A DNA stretch of 64,000 nucleotides, filler included, from Basidiobolus ranarum (Eukaryota): assembly GCA_040143965.1 (NCBI GenBank). It is 19 parts of 19 records of this genome, joined end to end, with 100 filler letters (N's around TTAATTAATTAA, not from the genome) between each part and the next. Parts side by side here need not be neighbours in the genome. Positions count along the whole stretch, not along the records: positions 60,913 to 64,000 come from JASJQH010002739.1; 18 more parts are not named here. The stretch is one strand, 5' to 3'. A program made the translations under genes and the position numbers. The notes below the pieces were generated by a model that saw only the letters and a list, made by a program, of their open reading frames with translations, ran no database searches and had not been told where the DNA came from. Shown here piece after piece: positions 60,913 through 64,000 of the stretch (the stretch's first letter is position 1; every line of letters starts with the position of its first letter).

Positions 60913-63692
60913 GGTCTCCATACACGATTGCTATGCACCTTGTTGAATTGTTTTAGGATAACTAGGATGGAGTTATACCATGCAGCATGCTTTTCTGATT
61001 GGGTTTATCTCTCTTGATTTAGATACCAAGAAAATGACTTCATTCACCCATATCAGTCATCTGAAATTGGTTTGATAAGATGCTTGTTGTTGGATTAAGT
61101 GCTTATAGATCAATTGTGGCTATGATCACGTCATCCACATAGAGTGCCAAGACAAGGATACTATTTCCTTTTGTTTTGATGTAAATACTGTGAGTTGCTG
61201 TGCATTTTTCACAATCTGGTGACTGCAAATAGGTGTCTATCTTGTTGTACCATGCCCTGAGAGCTTGCTTGAGTCCATATAATGATTTTTGCAATTTACA
61301 GACCATATCAATGTGTTTTGGGTAAACAAAATCATCTGGTTGCTCCATATTGATCTTTTCTTCCAGGTTTCCATTCAGAAAGACTGTGTTTACATCCATT
61401 TGATGTAAATTCAGGTTATGGATAGCTGAGAGTGCCAGGATTGATCTAATAGAGCTCAACTTAGTTACTGAAGCAAAAGTTTTGTTAAAATCAACTTCTG
61501 GAGTCCGGATATAATCTTTTGTAACTAAGCTTGCTTTGTACCTTTCTATGTTTCCATTAGCTTGATTTTTTACTTTGTGGATGCATTTGCAGCCTGTTAG
61601 CTTTCTGCCTGATGGTAGAGGACTTAAAACTCATATTCTATTGTCCTGAAGTCAAGAAAGCTCATCAAGCATTGTTTTTCCCATAGTTTTGATTCTGGAC
61701 ACTCCAGAGCTTGATCCAGAGTCAGTAGTTCAATATAGAATGCTGCATAAGCATACATACCATCATTGGAAGAGTTCCACCAGTTTCCTGGCTTATTTCA
61801 GCTTCTGGATGATCATCTGATAGCTGCATCATCCACTGAAATAATTGGGACTTGAATTTTGGCTGAATAGGGCTCAGATACCACTGGAATTTTGTCAGAC
61901 AATTCCTGGATAGTGCTGATTGTGTTTTCTTCATTAACAACTGTAATTTGAGGTGAAAAATTTGCTTTTTTATTGAAAATCACATCTGTGAACTTTTTCT
62001 TCAAAACTCACATCACTGCACTCAATTAACTTCTGATTCTCAGTTTCAAACAGTCTGTAGGCCTTAGATTAATCACAGTAACCAAGATACATGCATTTTC
62101 TGGTTTTGAGTTCCCATTTAAAGCATTTTTGAGCTGGAATTAGGCAATATGCTCTGCAGCAAAAGTTCCTGAGATGCTTCACACTTGGTTTGGATCCATA
62201 TAGTGCTTCAAATGGAGTAGAACTTCAAAGCAATGTTGTTGGGCATTTGTGCTTGATGTTGACTGCAGTGGAGATGGATTTGGCACAATATTAGTAATCT
62301 AACTTTTGCTCATGTAACATTGATCTTGCCATCTCTACTATGGTCTACTAGCATTTTTGCAACTCCATGTTGATGTGAAATAAAAGGTACAGTAGTTTCT
62401 TACTTATTTCAATGTTTAGAACAAAAGCTAGCAAAGTCATTAGAGCAGTATTCTCCACCATTTGTACTACTTAGTACCCTTTATTTTTAACTCGTAATTT
62501 TGCAACCATTGCTTTGTATTGCTTGAACATAGCTAAGGCTTTAGATATTGATTTGAGAAACATTACCAAAGTTTATAATGTTTTGTCATCAATAAAGATC
62601 ACAAAGTACCTTTTCCCATCTAGTGAGATGTTTTGCATGGGTGCACATAGGTCAGAATGAATCAGGGCAATATTCTGAGTAAATTTGGTCTGTTGAGAGC
62701 TTGAAAATGGCTGTCTGTGATTTTTTCCATATATGCAACCTTCACACAGGCCAATTTGGTGATATTTTCAATGTCTAAGACTAGAATAAGATGATTTCAG
62801 ATCATTTGGGTCAGTTTTTGTTCCCCATTGTGGCCTAATCTTTTATGCCATGTTTGACAGCCTATTTCACCAGCTTTGGCCAGGTTTGCATGCTCAGAAT
62901 GCAATTTGTTGATTCCTAGCTTGTATAAGTTTTGAGCTTTGAACCCAATAGCTAATTTGGTATTTCTCTGATCTGTGTTAGTGCATCCAGCCTTGCTGAA
63001 CAAAAAATTTATTCCTTCTGTTGTTGCCTGGCTTATAGAGAGTAGATTCTTGGCTTTATTTGGTACATAGAGTACATCATCTAATTTCACAAATGGTGTA
63101 GATGAATTTTGGTCTATAATGCGCCCAACTATCCCTTATTAACTGCATCTAGTGTATAGTCATTACCTAAGCAGACTTTTCCTGTTTGGATTTTTTTAAG
63201 CTAGAAAACCAATCCTTCTTTTTTAACATGTGCTGGGAAGCTTCTGAATCATAATACCACATTTCTGAGTCTTCTTTAGTGGTAACTCATGGAGTAGACA
63301 AAAATAAATAATTCCTATCAGTGCTAACTTCATATGCTTGTTCTGATCTTAGCTTTTTGGCAAAAAAAAATCAATTTTCTGTAATCATTGATTAAAAGGC
63401 CTGGTTTCTTATGTTACTTGCAGATGTTTGATTTCCTATTAGGGGCTTCATTATTGAAGTCTGTTGGGTGTTTTACAGCTCTAAAAATGCCTGTTCTGCA
63501 TTATTATACTAAAAATTAGATCTCCTTAATTCCTCATTCAAAAGCCCAGAACCAACATATTCCATTGTTAATGGCTCTGTTCTTGATTCTAGGGCAATTA
63601 TGAGGTTCCCATACTCATCTAGCCAGCTCCCAAATTGTGTCATGACTAAGTCATCTTTATTTACAGGTGCTCCAATGGATGAGAGCTGATCT
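60913..63692 (-). mobile_element. Degenerate copia gag-pol (gag, protease, GAG-pre-integrase, integrase, RT)
   Basis: WYYDSEASQHM, LDDVLYVP...KNLLSI, WHKRLGH, IHSDLC.PM, NGGEY, HQMDVNTVFLNG, LYGLKQA.RAW, LALYVDDVII. Confidence 0.95.
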
Positions 63693-64000
63693 TGTTGAAA
63701 TTAGGTAAATAGCAACTTATTATTTAGTAGTTAGTTTATTCATATTCTGATTATTTAGCACTCAATTCTGTTATTCAAAAACGTGTGTTTATTGCTCTAA
63801 TTGATAGAAATACCAATTAGATCACTTTTACCAATTTTCACTATTTTCTCAAAACTTCTCCAAATCACCTCAAATTTTCACCCATGCTTAACCGGCATGT
63901 TTGTTATGATCTAAGCAAGTCCAATAGTCCTATTTCATAGTAAACTATAGGACATATTCAATTCAATAAAACTCAAGTGTCTAATTCACAAATCCAAATC
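63693..64000 (+). mobile_element. Copia LTR family B inserted into the gag of the minus-strand element
   Basis: TGTTGAAATTAGGTAAATAGC..., near-identical to 6573-6699. Confidence 0.8.

Overview
This window is not one continuous locus. It is 19 unlinked contigs of about 3.27-3.30 kb, sorted by decreasing length and joined by 100-nt spacers (N44-TTAATTAATTAA-N44, stops in all six frames). The DNA is AT-rich and eukaryotic with short GT-AG introns (mostly ~50-70 nt), and the gene set fits an early-diverging fungus (Mucoromycota/Zoopagomycota-like; inference). Host genes or fragments: GID4/VID24, a UPF0014 (FetB/YbbM/STAR2-like) permease, DGAT2, a YANK/STK32 kinase, a CREB/ATF-like bZIP, stomatin-like 2, a mitochondrial glutamate dehydrogenase N-terminus, three tandem NDUFA4/B12D-like microproteins missed by the ORF track, three tandem CsbD/LEA-like hydrophilins, an atypical aquaporin, an EST1/SMG-type PIN protein and a 7TM protein. 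About half of the window is decayed, nested transposons: Ty1/copia with several LTR families, chromodomain Ty3/gypsy, a CACTA/CMC family with CCCTA ends and a PIF/Harbinger-type DDE. One contig is an ~84-bp satellite. The main highlights are (1) a degenerate Fanzor1/TnpB-like RNA-guided nuclease gene (23759-25230), (2) an intronless NCLDV/herpes-type AEP primase plus Zn-finger pseudogene that looks like an endogenous giant-virus fragment (7111-7955), (3) a strong repeat-restricted CpG->TpG/CpA decay signature implying 5mC silencing, and (4) a circularly permuted kinase contig. All family calls rest on motif recognition by eye; no database search was run.
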